This document shows positions 61,017 through 64,000 of a stretch of DNA of 64,000 nucleotides, piece after piece. Every line of letters starts with the position of its first letter. The first letter of the stretch is position 1. The translations under genes and the position numbers were made by a program. Source of the stretch: Squalus acanthias (Eukaryota); contig CM059431.1 of the NCBI GenBank assembly GCA_030390025.1, positions 110,176,001 through 110,240,000 of the forward strand, read 5' to 3'. The notes beneath the pieces were generated by a model that did not search any database, was not told where the DNA came from, and saw only the letters and a program-made list of their open reading frames with translations.

Positions 61017-61508
61017 TAGCATAGCATAGAAGATAGGAGCAGGAGTAGGTCATTCGGCCCCTCGTGCCTGCTCTGCCATTTAATGAGATCATGGCTGATC
61101 ATCCAAATTCAGTACCCTGTCCCTGTTTTCTCCTCATATCCCTTGATCCCTTTAGCCTTAAGAAATATATCTATCTCCTTCTTGAATATATTTAATGAAT
61201 TGGCCTCAACTGTCTTCTGTGGTAGAGAATTCCACAGGTTCACCACTCTCTGGGTGAAGAAATTCCTCCTCATCTCAGTCCTAAATGGCTTACCCCTTAT
61301 CCTTAGACTGTGACCCCTGGTGATGGACTCCCCCACCATCGGGAACATCCTTCCTGCATCTAGTCTGTCTAGTCCTGTTAGAATTTTATAAGTTTCAATG
61401 AGATCCCCTCTCATTCTTCTAAACTCTAGCGAATATAAGCCTAATCGACCCAATCTCTCTTCATACATCATTCCTGCCATCCCAGGTATCAGTCTGGTAA
61501 ATCTTCTT
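61017..61508 (-). mobile_element. CR1 3' end
   Basis: RRFTRLIPGMAGMMYEERL..NFFTQRVVNLWNSLP; (CTATG)n tail. Confidence 0.88.
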
Positions 61509-62534
61509 AGCTTCATTCCACCAACTTCACTAAAAGTTTAATTTTGCTGATAATTTTGTCGGCATCATTAAACCTCTAACATTTGCAGAAACAAAAAAAC
61601 AAACTCATTTGATACAGTTAAACTATATGATTTCCGAGATGAAAATGTTTAAAACATGCTTGAAGTATCCCCTTACACTGATGCAAACAGGCCCTGAGCC
61701 TGTTTGCATCAACCGTAACATTTCCATACGCATTTGCTGGGCAGTTGGTGGGCAAATAGCCCAACTCTGCACCAGCAATTGCTTTTTCATGGGCCATGTG
61801 GGCGGCCTGTCAATGCGGAAAACCCGAACCTGTGGTGGATTTCAAAGCAGGCATGGCGGCGTAGTCTAAGATTATGTCGCCATACCCACTGCAAAATCTG
61901 GGCTATTATGTTCCACTTGCTTATTTTCCCCATCTGAGCCACCCTATTGAGGTTGGGAGTGGGGGTAGAGAGAAAATGACAAATGGGGATGAGGGGATTG
62001 GCCAGAGATGAGAAAGGTTACAGAAATGACCTGGTGTATTGTCTGCCTGTATTATAGGTTGAAAATGTATCATCCATAGTAACGGAAAAATAACTTGTAA
62101 CGTGCGATACAGACATCGTAAGCTGCAGTTGTGTTGAGTTTAGTTACTGCCTGTTGCTTTCCTTGGGTTCTTGCATTTCATACCATTTTCCACTCACTCA
62201 CTATCATTTTTCTTGGATTTCTAACTTCAATTTTATTCCATTATTTTGGCCTGTCTTTTCCCTGAACCCACTTCCATACCATCTCACAGTAGCAACCATG
62301 AGATAGGCATTGTGTAAATTGTATTTCCATTCTTGACACCCCGATAGATTCCACCGTGCAATGCATGAGATATCACACGGTTTCCATTTATGTTCTTGCA
62401 CTGATTGAAATACACTCTGAGCTGAGAAGGTTATGCATGGCGCTGAATGCTGTCAGTCATTTAAAGTGAAATGAGATCTTTATTAGTCCTATTGCCTACA
62501 GGAGCAGCTACAGTTCGATTTGAATGTACTGTCA

Positions 62535-62985
62535 GTGTCAGCTGTGGCCCAGTGGGTAGCACACTCGCCTCTGAGTCAGAAGGTTATGGGTTCAGTGTCC
62601 CACTCCAGGGACTTGAGCACATAATAAAAGCTAGCTGGCACTCCAGCTGAGGGAGTGCTGCACTGTCGGAGATGCCGTCTTTCAGATGAGACGTTAAACT
62701 GAGGCCCCGTCTGCTCTCTCAGGTGGATGTAAGAGATCCCATGGCACTATTTCGAAGAAGAGCAGGGGACTTATCACCGATCTGCTGGCCAATATTTATC
62801 CCTCAACCAACATAGCAAAAACAGATTATCTGGTCATTATCACATTGCTGTTTGTGGGACCTTGCTGTGTGCAAGTTGGCTGCCACATTACAACAATGAC
62901 TCCACTTCAAATAGTACTTCATTGGCTGTAAAGCACTTTGAGACATCTGGTGGTTGTGAAAGGCGCTATATAAATGCAAGTCTTT
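62535..62985 (+). mobile_element. Deu SINE, full length
   Basis: GTGTCAGCTGTGGCCCAGTGG..GGTTCAG..GGCGCTATATAAATGCAAGTCTTTC. Confidence 0.8.
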
Positions 62986-62994
62986 CTTTATACT

Positions 62995-63830
62995 AGGGAA
63001 TTGGGTAGACAGTTAGCAGAAGAAATTCAATGTAGAAAAATGCAAAATGCTTCACATGGGGGCTAAAAATCTAGGAAGGGACTATTACTTAAATGGAAAG
63101 AAAATAATGTGCATGGAAAATGAAAGGGATCTGGGGGTCCTAATTGACAATAAATTGAAACTATTGCTCAGCAGCAGTGAATAACGCAAACCAGATGTTG
63201 GGATTTATAAAAAGCTCAATATTGAACCGAAATAGCAAGGTGATCCTGCCACTTTATAAATCATTGGTGCAACCACACTTACAATACTGTAAACAGTTCT
63301 GGTTGCCACAGTACAAAAAGGATATGGCAGATATTGAAAGGATATAGAAGCGGGCAATCAGAATTTTTAATTTTTAAAAATTTGTTTATGGGACGTAGGT
63401 GTCGCTGGCAAGGCCAGCATTTATTGCCCATCCCTAATTGCCCTTGAGAAGGTGGTGGTGAGCCACCTTCTTGAACCGCTGCAGTCCGTGTGGTGAAGGT
63501 ACTCCCACAGTGCTGTTAGGGAGGGAGTTCTAGGATTTTGACCCAGCGACGATGAAGGATCGGCGATAAACTTCTAAGTCAGGATGGTGTGTGACTTGAT
63601 TGATTGAGGGGATGGAGGGATTGGATTATGAGGAGTGATTATGTAAATTGGGCACGCTCTCACTGGAAAAGAGAAGGTTGAGAGGTCATATGATTGCTGT
63701 TTTTCGAATTCTAAAGGGACTAGATTATGTCGACCATGACAAGCTATTTCACCTTGTCCAGAACAGTAGAACCAGAGGACACAGCCTGTGCTTGAAGAGG
63801 GGTAAATTCAAAACTAATCTCTGGAAACAA
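62995..63830 (+). mobile_element. decayed CR1 with nested minus-strand LINE tail (63375-63597)
   Basis: ERDLGVLID, YKSLVQPHLQYC motifs. 63710-63825 matches 16110-16230 reversed. Confidence 0.7.
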
Positions 63831-63831
63831 T

Positions 63832-64000
63832 GGCCCCGATATTTAAGGGGAGGGAGCAGGGGGGCAGGGCGGGGGTTGTGCGTGTCAGCGGCCGGGAAGC
63901 CCGGAAATGTCGGGAATGGGGAGGTCCTGCAGAATTTAACTGCGGGACCTCATTCGAATTTTTTACTCCGTTTCCATTCTGACAGACGTTGCCGGGCAGA
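63832..64000. mobile_element. probable left end of a Harbinger-type MITE, runs off the window
   Basis: AAT|GGCCCCGATATTT start followed by GC-rich subterminal sequence; right end not visible. Confidence 0.4.

Noticed and set aside
1..64000. Prokaryotic systems (CRISPR, retron, operons) suggested by RT ORFs and the ORF track
   Set aside because: The sequence is vertebrate-like and TE-dominated; all RTs are CR1, L2, RTE, Penelope or Gypsy type, and no repeat-spacer array was seen.

Overview
Eukaryotic, repeat-saturated genomic DNA. The repeat content (CR1, L2, RTE, Penelope, Deu-domain tRNA SINEs, many Harbingers) suggests a cartilaginous fish (shark); this is an inference. No host gene is confidently identifiable, and most ORFs in the track are TE fragments or spurious. 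Main items: (1) A very young, intact Gypsy LTR retrotransposon (22917-27396) with identical 194-bp LTRs, a TCCCC TSD and a single 1316-aa gag-pol ORF. It has no tRNA primer site; instead an 11-nt sequence complementary to its own LTR sits there (candidate self-priming). It also has a YLDN RT motif and a duplicated PPT/U3 start. (2) Penelope-like pLTR insertions from two families, forming fold-back hairpins and carrying minimal hammerhead ribozymes. (3) A full-length but frameshifted Harbinger (transposase plus 3-exon Myb/SANT gene) with more than 10 related derivatives and MITEs, many with 3-bp TSDs. (4) Multi-layer nested insertions whose order can be reconstructed. (5) A locally templated 82-bp insertion with its own TSD. 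Coordinates of decayed repeats are approximate; all alignments were done by eye.
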